The notes: a model not told the origin generated them from the sequence alone. Positions 29,693-39,731 are shown, counted from the stretch's first letter. The stretch is DNA of 64,000 nucleotides from an uncultured archaeon (GCA_938083505.1 CALKCF010000007.1:64001-128000); one strand, 5' to 3'. Translations and numbers: made by a program.

Positions 29693-30313
29693 TTAATTCA
29701 CGTCTCTCACAGTTTTAGGTACGGAGTTGACCAACATGACCATAGGACCAGCTAATGCGTGCCAGAGCCTACCTGAGTAAGGTATAGCGCCCACGAAAAC
29801 ACCGAGGAAAAATCCGGAGGTTGGCCATAGAACGTTATAGAACAATTCAATTTGGTAGGACTTAGACCTACCATGAGCTGAGCTATGGCGTATGCTATGA
29901 ACATAAACCTACTTGAATCTGGAAAGCCAAATTTCACAATTGTTGTAGCTTCAGCCATGTATCTAAAGAAGAACCATATCACGGGCATAAAAAAGGTCAA
30001 TAGCATCAGTTATTGAATACTCAAAACACATCCTGCTATATCCGCGGCTATATGGTTCGAAAGTATTAACAAAACGTAAAAAGAAACAAAGAATGCTTTT
30101 TCTAATCTTCTCGATCGTTCATATTTGTAGAACCTACGCTTACCAAAGACATTGATGATGAATGTCTTAATAACAGCAACTAAAGAACGAGGGTTCATGA
30201 TCATTAACAGAGCTTTCTTAATTGTTCCAAATATTCCATAATATTCCGATGAGTGGGGCTATTGTCCCTATCAGAGAAAATATTGAGGCAAAAAAGATTG
30301 CGTCTGGTGTCAT
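29693..30313 (-). pseudogene. NarI/HdrE-like membrane cytochrome b, fragmented
   Basis: ATG 30313 starts a TM helix (MTPDAIFFASIFSLIG..); internal stops; C-terminal IPYSGRLWHALAGP resembles the NarI-family IPFSKLFH motif. Confidence 0.6.
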
Positions 30314-30340
30314 GTGCTTCCACCACGAAAGTATGTTTAC

Positions 30341-30723
30341 AGCAGAGGAGGTTATCAAAAACCCGCAACTGATAAACGAAAACCCTTATGGTAGATGTTG
30401 GATGGCCGTCCTGAAACTAAGCAACATTGAAGAACTGGATACGTTACTTTGAAGATGAAGTTTACTTCAACTATCAAACCCGTGATGGGACTGCGTAGTA
30501 TGAGTATCTTTCTTCCGTGCTTTATTGATTCGAACGTGTATCCTTTATTTATACATCTACCCTTTAGTAAGACCCTGAAGCTTTCTATTCGTCCTAACGT
30601 TTTGATAACAAAATCCTTTAACTCCATCCTTATCACCGACGATGTCAAAGATTGCTGCTCAACTTTAACACAGAAATATTCATATGTTAATAGCCGCTCC
30701 CGAAGTATACCTTTCTCTGACAT
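30341..30723 (-). pseudogene. Lysine-less GcvH-like protein with its 3' third inverted
   Basis: The minus strand reads ..SIKHGRKILILRSPITGLIVEVN and breaks at 30460. The missing EEVIKNPQLINENPYGRCW.. lies on the plus strand at 30345-30452. Confidence 0.75.
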
Positions 30724-30867
30724 GCTTGTTCTCCTCAGATATCGCGAGAATGCAGTAGAGTATAACCTACGTCGTATAAAGACTTAGCATGATATGCTGA
30801 GTTATGTATGTGTCAGTTTAACAGGAAGTGCAATATCTTAAAATAAAAACAAAAACCTTAGAAAATT

Positions 30868-32085
30868 CTATAATAGGCCGAGTTGTCTAGCAAACAATTC
30901 CGCTACGTCTAGGACTTGCATCTTTATACCAATCTTCTTTAACCCATCCATTAGCGTTATCTTGCAGGCTGGACATGCGGAGGTAAGGATTTCAGCTCCT
31001 AGGACTTGAGCTTGTTTCACCCTCTTTTCAGCTATGTTTAACCTTAGCTCGTCGTTCACAGCTTGGAGAATGCCCCCGCCCCCACAACAGCGCACGTCCC
31101 TTTTGTTCTCGGGCATCTCCTTGAAGAAAGATGCTACTGTAGTAATTACACGCCTCGGCTCGTCTATCACGCCGCTGAGTCTTGCAAGCTCGCATGGGTC
31201 GTGGTAAGTTACAATGGCAGACTCTTTTTCTAATCCTTTGAGGGGTATATGTTCCTTTTTGATGTATAGATCAAGAAATTCCATGAGATGCATAACATCA
31301 AACCTTAGAGCCCTGCCTATCAAAAAAGGATACTTTTGCTTAATCATCCTCACACATCCTGGACATGCTGATATCACCAGCCTGGCACCCAAGTTTTCTA
31401 TTGCCCTAACGTTATGTTCAGCCATATTCCTAGCACCATCTTCATCTCCTATCATAAGCAGCGGTGCACCACAGCACCACTCATCCTCACCTAGGAGTGT
31501 CCAATTTACTCCTGCATGGTTTAAGATCAGAGATGTTGCGTATGCTATTTCTTGTGTGACCGCCTTGTATGAAGATGTGCACCCAACAAAATACACAACA
31601 TCAGAACATTCGTTCATCTTAACGTTCTCAAGACCTAAGTAATCAACCCACATCGCTCTTGCATCATTCCCCACACCGTAGGTGTTGCAAGTATTAAGTA
31701 TGAATTTATCAACCTCCTTAAGTACTGACGGGTGTTTGTTAAATCTATAAACAATTTTCCTGAATAGTTCCCAAAGCGTATCTGTTTGTATTCCGAACGG
31801 ACATACGGCCATGCATCTACCACAAAGGGCGCACTCGTAGACGCTTTCAACATACTTCTCAATTTCATTTAACTTCTCTATCTTTAATCGAGAGAACGTA
31901 AGGAATGGGCTCATGCCGCTCTTTATTATTTTAAGCATAACAGAGGCCCTACCTCCTGGCATAATCTGTGGTTTTTTCAGAACCTCATAAGTTGGGCAAT
32001 ACTCTGCGCAATGGGCACACTTTGTGCACGTCTCAAGCTGCAACATAATAAATGGTGACACTTCTTTGAGAATCTCTAACCTCAT
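30868..32085 (-). CDS. HdrD-like Fe-S oxidoreductase (2x4Fe-4S plus two CCG domains)
   Basis: CTKCAHC..CP, CALCGRC..CP, GC..WCCG..CPGC and HDPC..CCG..CPAC. Confidence 0.9.
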   Translation of the reverse strand: MRLEILKEVSPFIMLQLETCTKCAHCAEYCPTYEVLKKPQIMPGGRASVMLKIIKSGMSPFLTFSRLKIEKLNEIEKYVESVYECALCGRCMAVCPFGIQTDTLWELFRKIVYRFNKHPSVLKEVDKFILNTCNTYGVGNDARAMWVDYLGLENVKMNECSDVVYFVGCTSSYKAVTQEIAYATSLILNHAGVNWTLLGEDEWCCGAPLLMIGDEDGARNMAEHNVRAIENLGARLVISACPGCVRMIKQKYPFLIGRALRFDVMHLMEFLDLYIKKEHIPLKGLEKESAIVTYHDPCELARLSGVIDEPRRVITTVASFFKEMPENKRDVRCCGGGGILQAVNDELRLNIAEKRVKQAQVLGAEILTSACPACKITLMDGLKKIGIKMQVLDVAELFARQLGLL

Positions 32086-32849
32086 CTTTTCACACTCCTA
32101 TAAATTCTACTATGCCTAATGCTATAAAGGATAACGGTAAATGATGATGCTATAATATGGAACAACTTACTGAATGGTATGTACATTATCAGAATCTGGG
32201 CCGCAATCCCGTGCACGGCAAGCCAAACTAATGATGGTGTTTCCTTAAGTTGCATCACTATGCCTGGTGATATTATAAGCATAAAGGGCTCATGAATATA
32301 AGGAGATATGCGCATCATGTTTCCAGCGAGAAATATTGTTATTAAAATGACAAGTGAAAAATAATCGTCAAAACCAGATATGCTTCTCACAGATCTATCA
32401 ATTATTCTCCTCACTAATAGTAGACTAAAACCTCCGAGCAAGACCCAGCCAAGATAGAACGGTAGATCTCTTACCAAAAATTGCTCGGGTGCTAACCATG
32501 CAAACCATGATGCTGACCAAACTCCAACGGGCCTCAGATGTCCAAACAGTATCAAAAATAACGAGATATGCGCTGAAAAAGACACGAGCCAGAGCGCAAA
32601 GGATTTGATCTTAGGTTTTATGAAACGACCTTGAAACAATAGCAAATATACAAACTCTCCTATTATAAGTCCTATTGATCTAGCAGAAATTGGGGTTTTG
32701 GAATGTGTCTCCGTTCTTGTGTAATGGTATGTTGAGAACCACGTGTACAGCTTTAAAGATATTCCGAATAAAAATACTGCATAAGTAACCCAAGGTAGTG
32801 TTCCAAAGGTAAACCCCATCAGCGATGTTAAAGTAGCGTCCAAACCCAC
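32082..32849 (-). CDS. NarI/HdrE/DsrM-like membrane di-heme cytochrome b
   Basis: About 5-6 TM helices; His pairs AHISLFLILFGH and VHG..IPFSKLFH; RR...R.IS..DD loop. Overlaps the hdrD-like start. Confidence 0.85.
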   Translation of the reverse strand: MGLDATLTSLMGFTFGTLPWVTYAVFLFGISLKLYTWFSTYHYTRTETHSKTPISARSIGLIIGEFVYLLLFQGRFIKPKIKSFALWLVSFSAHISLFLILFGHLRPVGVWSASWFAWLAPEQFLVRDLPFYLGWVLLGGFSLLLVRRIIDRSVRSISGFDDYFSLVILITIFLAGNMMRISPYIHEPFMLIISPGIVMQLKETPSLVWLAVHGIAAQILIMYIPFSKLFHIIASSFTVILYSIRHSRIYRSVKR

Positions 32850-33011
32850 CCACCTATTATTCGTATAGTCGACCTAACTTAACTCTAGTACACATATATT
32901 CTAAACAGAGCAATATAATAGTTTTTTGCTTGTATGGACTAGATACATTTGCGTTTATGTCAAGATGAAGGTTAAGTGCGTTATCTATGAATAATGATCA
33001 AGTGTTAAAAA

Positions 33012-33482
33012 TTAAAGCCCGCATTCTTTTTCAATGATCTTAACACATTTTGGTACAGCAGCTTTCACACTCTCGCTTAACCCCTCTTGGTAGCAGCCCG
33101 GTTTTTGAATAGTTATCCCAAAAATCACTACTTCGTCCGGAAAAGATTCTCTATCAATAGCTTTAACGAGCTCGAGAGATGTTGCGAGGTCCATATCGTG
33201 AAAACCGATGAATCTTTTAGGTGTTGCTTTTAAGTCTTCAAGTGTCAATCTTAGGATTTTTCCAGGGGCAGTATCTTCTTCAACTAAAGCGTCTATAATT
33301 ATTGCTTTCTTATAACCAAGCATAGACTCTGCCACAGTTAAACCTCCAACGCATAGTTCTATGATGTCAACAAAGTCACCTAACCACCTCTTTAACTCGG
33401 ATGCGACAATTAAGCCTACGGCATCATCGCCAAGTATCGGATTACCAAGTCCTATTATGACTATCTCTCGCCTTCCCTTCAA
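33012..33482 (-). CDS. Hydrogenase maturation endopeptidase
   Basis: IGLGNPILGDDAVG, IIIDA and FHD. Confidence 0.93.
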   Translation of the reverse strand: MKGRREIVIIGLGNPILGDDAVGLIVASELKRWLGDFVDIIELCVGGLTVAESMLGYKKAIIIDALVEEDTAPGKILRLTLEDLKATPKRFIGFHDMDLATSLELVKAIDRESFPDEVVIFGITIQKPGCYQEGLSESVKAAVPKCVKIIEKECGL

Positions 33483-34939
33483 GGACGCTTTATCTCAGCT
33501 ACGAGCCTTCCATTCGTATCATATATGCGTACATCAAGTGGTATTTGACCTGGCAATGCGTGCGTTCCACAAGCCAAACATGGATCGTAGGCTCTAAATG
33601 CCATCTCTATCATGTTAAGTAAACCGTCGCTTATCTTACCGTAACTTATGAGCTGTTGTGCAGCCTTCTTCACAGACATACATATACCTGCGTTGTTGTG
33701 GGTCGTTGCAACTATTAGGTTAACGTTGGTTAATATGCCGTCTTGGTCGGTCTTGTAATGGTGTATAAGCGTACCCCTTGGTGCCTCAACGACACCGACC
33801 CCCTCGCTTGGGGTGTCTGTTAGAGGAACCCTGAAGTCCTTTCCGGTTATGTCAGGGTCTCTGCTTAACTCAAGCACCCTTTCAGCGGCATTAAGTATCT
33901 CTATAACCCTCGCCCAATGGTATCCAAGCGTCGCATGAGCTGGCTTACCCAGGGTTTCTTTGAAGTTTTCGTAGGCTTCTTGTGCAAGTGGTGTTGCAAA
34001 TCCATCAGCTACATTAAGTCTACCAAGAGGTCCTACTCTATACACACCGGACGCTTCGCCGTCAACTATTCCTTTCCAACCCAAATTCTTTAAGTATGGG
34101 AACTTAAGATAGGTCCATGGTTCTACATGCTCGCCTATATAATTGAGATAGTCTTTTGGATGGAATTCTGCGTAGATTCTTCCCTTAGGATCTACAATCC
34201 TGATCTTTCCGTCATAATAGTTTACTAGACCCTTTCCGTCAACCAAGCCCATATAGTAGGTCGCATGCTTATACACGTCGCCCATAATTAGGTCAAGGTA
34301 CTTCTGGTTCTTAAGAACGGCATCCTCGAGTATCTTTAGTGTAAATTGGCCGAATTCCACGAGTTTTTTCGCTCCTTCTTCTATTTCTTTTCTGTCATCT
34401 TCTGTCAAAAGTTTAGAGACACCACCCGGAACGGCGCAATTCGGTATTATTGCCCTACCGGCAAGTTTTTCCAAAAGCCTCGTGGCAATCATCCTGGCAT
34501 TTATTACCTTCTTTCCAGTCTCTAGACCAATCTTTCCAATAAGACCAAGAATGTTCCTTTCAGCCCTGGGTGCATCAGGTCCAACAACGAAGTCCGGTGC
34601 AGAAAGTGTATAGAATACTGCTGAGTGGTCATGTATGTAAAATATATTGTAGGCCATTTCCCGTATCTTCTTAGCGGTCTCTGGCAAATTAGCACCGTAA
34701 ACAGCATCCACTGCCTTCGCTGATGCCATATGGTGTGCCCACGGGCAGACACCGCAGATCCTTGGTGTTATTATTGGCATCTCTTCCACGGGCCTTCCTA
34801 TGCAGAACCTTTCGAAGCCTCTGAACTCGACTACTTGGTAATAGGCATCCTTAACATTGCCGACCTCGTCCAAAAATATTGAAATCTTTCCGTGCCCTTC
34901 AAGCCTAGTTATAGGTTGAATCGTTACAACCTTCTTCAT
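33479..34939 (-). CDS. mvhA: F420-non-reducing [NiFe]-hydrogenase large subunit (group 3c)
   Basis: TRLEGH, L1 RICGVC, EAPRG, and L2 DPCLACGTH followed by a cleavable extension. Confidence 0.95.
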   Translation of the reverse strand: MKKVVTIQPITRLEGHGKISIFLDEVGNVKDAYYQVVEFRGFERFCIGRPVEEMPIITPRICGVCPWAHHMASAKAVDAVYGANLPETAKKIREMAYNIFYIHDHSAVFYTLSAPDFVVGPDAPRAERNILGLIGKIGLETGKKVINARMIATRLLEKLAGRAIIPNCAVPGGVSKLLTEDDRKEIEEGAKKLVEFGQFTLKILEDAVLKNQKYLDLIMGDVYKHATYYMGLVDGKGLVNYYDGKIRIVDPKGRIYAEFHPKDYLNYIGEHVEPWTYLKFPYLKNLGWKGIVDGEASGVYRVGPLGRLNVADGFATPLAQEAYENFKETLGKPAHATLGYHWARVIEILNAAERVLELSRDPDITGKDFRVPLTDTPSEGVGVVEAPRGTLIHHYKTDQDGILTNVNLIVATTHNNAGICMSVKKAAQQLISYGKISDGLLNMIEMAFRAYDPCLACGTHALPGQIPLDVRIYDTNGRLVAEIKRP

Positions 34940-35913
34940 TCTCTAACACCCCATACCCTGCGCAGTATTGATCTTGGTAAACTATATCTGTAAAAGATTC
35001 CTAACGGGTCCTTTATCTGTAATATGATTTTTCTGATCTCTTCATCACTCATGCCTGTTTCAACCTCTAGCCCTATCACAGAAGACAGGGCGGATAACAT
35101 CCTAGCACCTTGGTCTTGGGACTCTGGTGTCGGTCCCATGCAACCCCTACAAGGAACGTTCACTGTTAGACATACGGCATCACAACCACCTCTAGTCGCA
35201 GGACCCATACAGATTATACCCTGCTCAAGGAGGCATTTCTCTGGATCTGGGATGGACTGGTGATAACGCTTTATTTCTGTTATCCTTTTCTCCTCACGGA
35301 TATGTTTACACTCATCACAGACAGACTTCATCGAACCGAACACTGTCCCTTTTGGTGGGAGCTTTCCAGAAAGTGCAGCAGTTAATACTTCATCCACCAA
35401 CTTAAGGGGTGGTGGGCAACCTGGTAGGTAATAATCTACATCAACCACTTGATTAAGCGACTTAACGGTCTCAAGAAGTTCCGGTATCGTTAGCTCTTCA
35501 CCATCAAGCCTTGTCAGCTTACAGGGTACCGTTCCCTGCTGATTAATGGTGCTTAAACTCTTTACGTATGCTTTTTGAAGAAGACCATCTTTTGAGGCGA
35601 AATTTGCAAGTCCGGGTATACCACCAAAACAAGCACAAGCTCCAAACGCTATGAGGTTTTTTGCCTTTCTCCTTGCAAGTTTGGCCATCTCTTTCGTCTC
35701 GTCATTGTTCACGGCTCCCTCAAAGAGTACAATGTCTATAGAGCCATCTGGTAACCTCTCTAAGTCCTCTAACTTTAGGTCAACAGCAGTTGGCCAATAA
35801 GCTACCTCCACAGACATTAAGACTTCGATAATTTTCTCACCCAAGTCTAAGAGCGAATAATCACAACCAGCACAGTTTGCCCCAGGTATTATGGCCAGCT
35901 TTGGCTTGTTCAA
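34936..35913 (-). CDS. mvhG: [NiFe]-hydrogenase small subunit
   Basis: CAGC, GACACFGG, PGCPP, VCDEC, ICMGPATRGGC and CRGC. Confidence 0.93.
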   Translation of the reverse strand: MNKPKLAIIPGANCAGCDYSLLDLGEKIIEVLMSVEVAYWPTAVDLKLEDLERLPDGSIDIVLFEGAVNNDETKEMAKLARRKAKNLIAFGACACFGGIPGLANFASKDGLLQKAYVKSLSTINQQGTVPCKLTRLDGEELTIPELLETVKSLNQVVDVDYYLPGCPPPLKLVDEVLTAALSGKLPPKGTVFGSMKSVCDECKHIREEKRITEIKRYHQSIPDPEKCLLEQGIICMGPATRGGCDAVCLTVNVPCRGCMGPTPESQDQGARMLSALSSVIGLEVETGMSDEEIRKIILQIKDPLGIFYRYSLPRSILRRVWGVRE

Positions 35914-36359
35914 ACTACTTCTACCTCCTCCTTTAGTTTTTCTGCAATACGGTTTGGCCCTAACTTCTTTATCTGCTCGACAAATTCTTTCGCAATGTTA
36001 GCAAACCTTTCTCCTTCTGGTGCGGAAATCCATTCTAGCCTCACCCTACCTTTCTCAATACCAAATTGTTCAAGCAACTTATCCAGCAACAACATCCTTT
36101 TTCTGGTTTTATAATTTCCGGATATGTAATGACAATCGCCGGGGTGACAACCAGTCACGAGGACGCCGTCAGCACCGTTCGCGAGAGCCTCTAGTATATA
36201 TACTGGATTAATCCTACCGGAGCACATCACCCTTATTACTTTGAGGTTGTGGGGATACTGTACCCGACTTGTTCCGGCTAAGTCAATTCCAGCATAAGAA
36301 CACCAGTTACATGCAAAAACCACTATATTTGGTTCAAAATTCTCTACCATTTTAATCAC
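35910..36359 (-). CDS. mvhD: [2Fe-2S] hydrogenase delta subunit
   Basis: FACNWCSY, RVMCSGR and GCHPGDCHY. Confidence 0.95.
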   Translation of the reverse strand: MIKMVENFEPNIVVFACNWCSYAGIDLAGTSRVQYPHNLKVIRVMCSGRINPVYILEALANGADGVLVTGCHPGDCHYISGNYKTRKRMLLLDKLLEQFGIEKGRVRLEWISAPEGERFANIAKEFVEQIKKLGPNRIAEKLKEEVEVV

Positions 36360-38335
36360 CTCGTAAGTGCCCTTACCATCGCTAAAATCTGATCATCACT
36401 GAACCCGAGCTGTTGGGCGGCTCCGGATGGACATGCGGCCGCACATACTCCACAACCTTTGCACTTGCTTATATCAACACTTGCAACTTGCTTTCCATCC
36501 TCTTTCTTAACCAAAGATATAGCATCGAAAGCACACAAGGGTTGACATATGCCACAACCGCTGCACAAGTCTTCATTAATCGAGGCCACGTAAGGTACGG
36601 TTTCTACATAACCCTTTGACATCAGCGCTATGGCTGAAGACGCTGCAGCACCTGCCTGAGCCACAGTATCGGGTATGTCCTTTGGTCCTTGCACCGCACC
36701 GGCTAGGAATACTCCATCAACAGATGTCTCTGTAGGTCTAAGCTTTGGATGCAACTCTAACGCAAAACCATCTGGACCTATCGAACATTTTAGCAGTTTA
36801 GCCAATTCTTTGAATGTCGTGTGGGGGACTACACCAGTCTCAAGGACAACTAGGTCTGGCCTGAGTGTTACGACCCTATTTGTGTTTGCATCGAATACAT
36901 CAAAATAGAGGCTTCCATCAGCGTCTTGCAGTATCTCCATCGGGCTACCTCTTATAAACTTAACATTTTCATAATTCCTAATTCTTTCGTAGAACTCTTC
37001 GTAACCTTTCCCGAAGGTCCTAATGTCCCTATAACATATGTAGACTTCCGCATCCGGTATGTAACTTACTATATAGTAAGCATGTTTTATTCCTGCTACA
37101 CATCCAAACCTGCAACAGTATCTAAGGTGTTTTTCATCCCTTGAACCAACACAAAGAATTATCGCAACCTTCTTCGGCTCCTTTCCATCACTTGGTCTTA
37201 CTATGTGACCTTTCGTTGGTCCTGAAGCCGAGACTAACCTTTCTAATTCTAATCCAGTAATCACGTCTTTATACTTACGGTAACCATATTCCGGCATGGT
37301 CTTTGCGACATCGTATAAACTATAGCCGGTGGCTAAAATTATCACACCAACTTCCAGTTCCACTTCTTCTGGTTTCTGGTTAAAATCTATAGCTTTAGTG
37401 GGACAGAACCTCTCGCAGGCTCTACACGTCCCCTTCTGGAAATACATACAGTGTTCAGGGTCAATTACAGGAATAAGCGGTACGGCCTGTGGAAATTCAA
37501 AGTATATTGCCTTTCTTTTCCCAAGCCCCAACTCGAACTCGCTCGGTGCAGTCCATGGACATTTTGTGACACATACGCCACAACCAGTGCATTTTGTCGC
37601 ATCCACGTATCTTGGTTTCTTCAATAATTTAACCTTAAAGTTCCCAACAGAACCACTGATGTCCACAACATCTGTATAGGTGCGAAGTATGATGTTTGGG
37701 TGTCTGCTTACTTCCACCATCAAAGGTGTTAGTATACATTGGGAGCAGTCGAGCGTTGGAAAAGTCTTATCCAATCTTGCCATGTTCCCTCCTATGCTAG
37801 GTCTCGTCTCGACCAGGTGAACTTGGAAACCAGCATTTGCTATGTCAAGTGAGGCCCTAATACCGGCTATTCCACCGCCTATAACAAGTGCTTTTGGTAT
37901 TACCTTTACTTTCTCCACATTCAGCGGTTTTAAAAGCCTAGCTTTGGCGATTGCTGCATTAACTAGTTTAATGGCCTTATCTGTTGCTGCATCTTTTTCC
38001 TTTTCGTGAACCCAAGAACAGTGTTCCCTTATATTAGCCATCTCAAAAAGGTAGGGATTAAGACCGCCCTCTTCAACAGCTTTTTGGAAAGTTGGTTCAT
38101 GCATTCTTGGTGAGCAAGCAGCTACGACGACCCTGTTGAGGTGGCGCTGTTTTATGTCTTCGATTATCATATTCTGACCTGGCTGAGAGCACATGAATTG
38201 ATACTCCTTTGCAACCACGACGTTCGGCACTTTTGATACCTCTTCAATAACTTTATTTATGTCAACTACAGATGCTATGTTTAGACCACAGTGGCATACA
38301 TAAACACCTATCCTGATTTCTTCACTTTCAACCAT
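36356..38335 (-). CDS. hdrA: Heterodisulfide reductase flavoprotein subunit A
   Basis: VCHCG, CSPRMHE, NIREHCSWVH, GGGIAG, KTFPTLDC, inserted and C-terminal ferredoxin domains, GPKDIPD. Confidence 0.97.
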   Translation of the reverse strand: MVESEEIRIGVYVCHCGLNIASVVDINKVIEEVSKVPNVVVAKEYQFMCSQPGQNMIIEDIKQRHLNRVVVAACSPRMHEPTFQKAVEEGGLNPYLFEMANIREHCSWVHEKEKDAATDKAIKLVNAAIAKARLLKPLNVEKVKVIPKALVIGGGIAGIRASLDIANAGFQVHLVETRPSIGGNMARLDKTFPTLDCSQCILTPLMVEVSRHPNIILRTYTDVVDISGSVGNFKVKLLKKPRYVDATKCTGCGVCVTKCPWTAPSEFELGLGKRKAIYFEFPQAVPLIPVIDPEHCMYFQKGTCRACERFCPTKAIDFNQKPEEVELEVGVIILATGYSLYDVAKTMPEYGYRKYKDVITGLELERLVSASGPTKGHIVRPSDGKEPKKVAIILCVGSRDEKHLRYCCRFGCVAGIKHAYYIVSYIPDAEVYICYRDIRTFGKGYEEFYERIRNYENVKFIRGSPMEILQDADGSLYFDVFDANTNRVVTLRPDLVVLETGVVPHTTFKELAKLLKCSIGPDGFALELHPKLRPTETSVDGVFLAGAVQGPKDIPDTVAQAGAAASSAIALMSKGYVETVPYVASINEDLCSGCGICQPLCAFDAISLVKKEDGKQVASVDISKCKGCGVCAAACPSGAAQQLGFSDDQILAMVRALTR

Positions 38336-39210
38336 TAGACCTTCACCTCCTCGAGTAAAACTTCAACCGGACTCATGTTTAGATTTATTCCTAGTTCCTT
38401 TTTATCTAAACCTAAAGCAAGACCTAATAATTGCGTATAGTAAAGTGCCGGAATCGAAATACTCTGGTCACCGGTTATCGTCTTAGCAGCATCTTGCTTT
38501 CCATCAAACATATCTATACAATATGGACATAGACTGGTTATTGCTCTTGAGCCCACAGCCAATGTCCTTTTTATCCTCGTTGCCACAACTCTTATTGCCG
38601 CCTCCGGCGAGTAGGGAAGAATAGCTGCTCCGCAACATTCATATTTTTCAGGATAATCTCTTGCCTTAAGACCTATGGCCTCTATTAATCTATCTAATTT
38701 TAGCGGACCGTTTCTTGTCTCTGGCCTCGGGAACTCTGTCGGTCTAACCAGATGACAGCCGGGATGAGAGGAAACCGGCATTTCCGGCAACTTTCTCTTT
38801 ATCGCGGATGCTATCTTCTCGACGCCTATCCTATCATGTAAAACTTCTACCGGATGATAAACTGTTGCTCTGCCTGTGTACTCTAATCCCTCATCTTTAA
38901 GAAGCTCGTTCACAGCACTCATAAGAGGCGGATTCAACTTTAGCATGTATATCGTTTCCGTTAAGTTTAAATGACAACCGTTACATGGTGCAATAATATC
39001 TAAACCTTGCGACTCAGCCAACGCCATAATCCTTGCACAAGCATAATACGGATAAAACTTACTTATGCCCTTCATTGGAACTCCACAACAGTTCATATCT
39101 TTAGGATACTCTAATTCTACACCTAACAATGGTAACGTAGCCCTTAGAGACAACTCGTAACCATACTGCTTCGTTGCGGTAGTACAACCTAAATAAAGCA
39201 AAAATTTCAT
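38335..39210 (-). CDS. hdrB: Heterodisulfide reductase subunit B
   Basis: Two intact CCG domains: GC..CCG..CNGC and GCH..CCG..CPYC. Confidence 0.93.
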   Translation of the reverse strand: MKFLLYLGCTTATKQYGYELSLRATLPLLGVELEYPKDMNCCGVPMKGISKFYPYYACARIMALAESQGLDIIAPCNGCHLNLTETIYMLKLNPPLMSAVNELLKDEGLEYTGRATVYHPVEVLHDRIGVEKIASAIKRKLPEMPVSSHPGCHLVRPTEFPRPETRNGPLKLDRLIEAIGLKARDYPEKYECCGAAILPYSPEAAIRVVATRIKRTLAVGSRAITSLCPYCIDMFDGKQDAAKTITGDQSISIPALYYTQLLGLALGLDKKELGINLNMSPVEVLLEEVKV

Positions 39211-39731
39211 TAAACAATCCCCTTTAGCTTTTCAAAACCTACTAATAAGACGTGTTGCTTGAATTTCTCAATATCTTTCGGTTTTGGCATCTCAGGTAAG
39301 CCCAGCTCTGTCCTAGAAACTTCTTCAAAATCCTTAGACATTATATACATGGGTTTCTGAATGTGGCCGAGCTCTAGTATGGATTTTGCCATTTCTACAA
39401 AGGATTTTGGAGGCGCTCTTCCCCTTACGATAGCCTCATTCCTGAGTGCCATTACTACTTCAAACGGTGAGAGTCTTTGAGGGCAATATTCCGCACACTT
39501 TAAGCATGCCGAGCATGCCCATATCACGTCACTATTTATAAGCTCGTCAGAGTAGCCTGCCTTCACCAAGGCTACTATCTCGTGAGGTCTATACTTGTCA
39601 ACGACCTTTGCAGCCGTGCATCCGCTGGAACACTTCATGCATTGATAGCATAATTGTGGCCTAAGCTCCTTTACTGTATCTTCCAAGGAGAATTTGAACG
39701 TAAGAATCAGCCTCCTACTCAAAATAAACAT
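39210..39731 (-). CDS. hdrC: Heterodisulfide reductase subunit C
   Basis: CYQCMKCSSGC and WACSACLKCAEYCP. The start codon is uncertain. Confidence 0.92.
   Translation of the reverse strand: MFILSRRLILTFKFSLEDTVKELRPQLCYQCMKCSSGCTAAKVVDKYRPHEIVALVKAGYSDELINSDVIWACSACLKCAEYCPQRLSPFEVVMALRNEAIVRGRAPPKSFVEMAKSILELGHIQKPMYIMSKDFEEVSRTELGLPEMPKPKDIEKFKQHVLLVGFEKLKGIV

Noticed and set aside
33479-38335. Selenocysteine in MvhA/MvhD/HdrA
   Set aside because: The relevant positions are Cys (DPCLAC, CNWC, GCHPGDCH) and the frames are open without an internal TGA.
36356-39731. Calling the locus methanogenic or a sulfur-oxidising sHdr system
   Set aside because: No mcr/mtr and no TusA/DsrE/rhodanese in the window. 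HdrA is full-length with single B and C subunits and is linked to Mvh.
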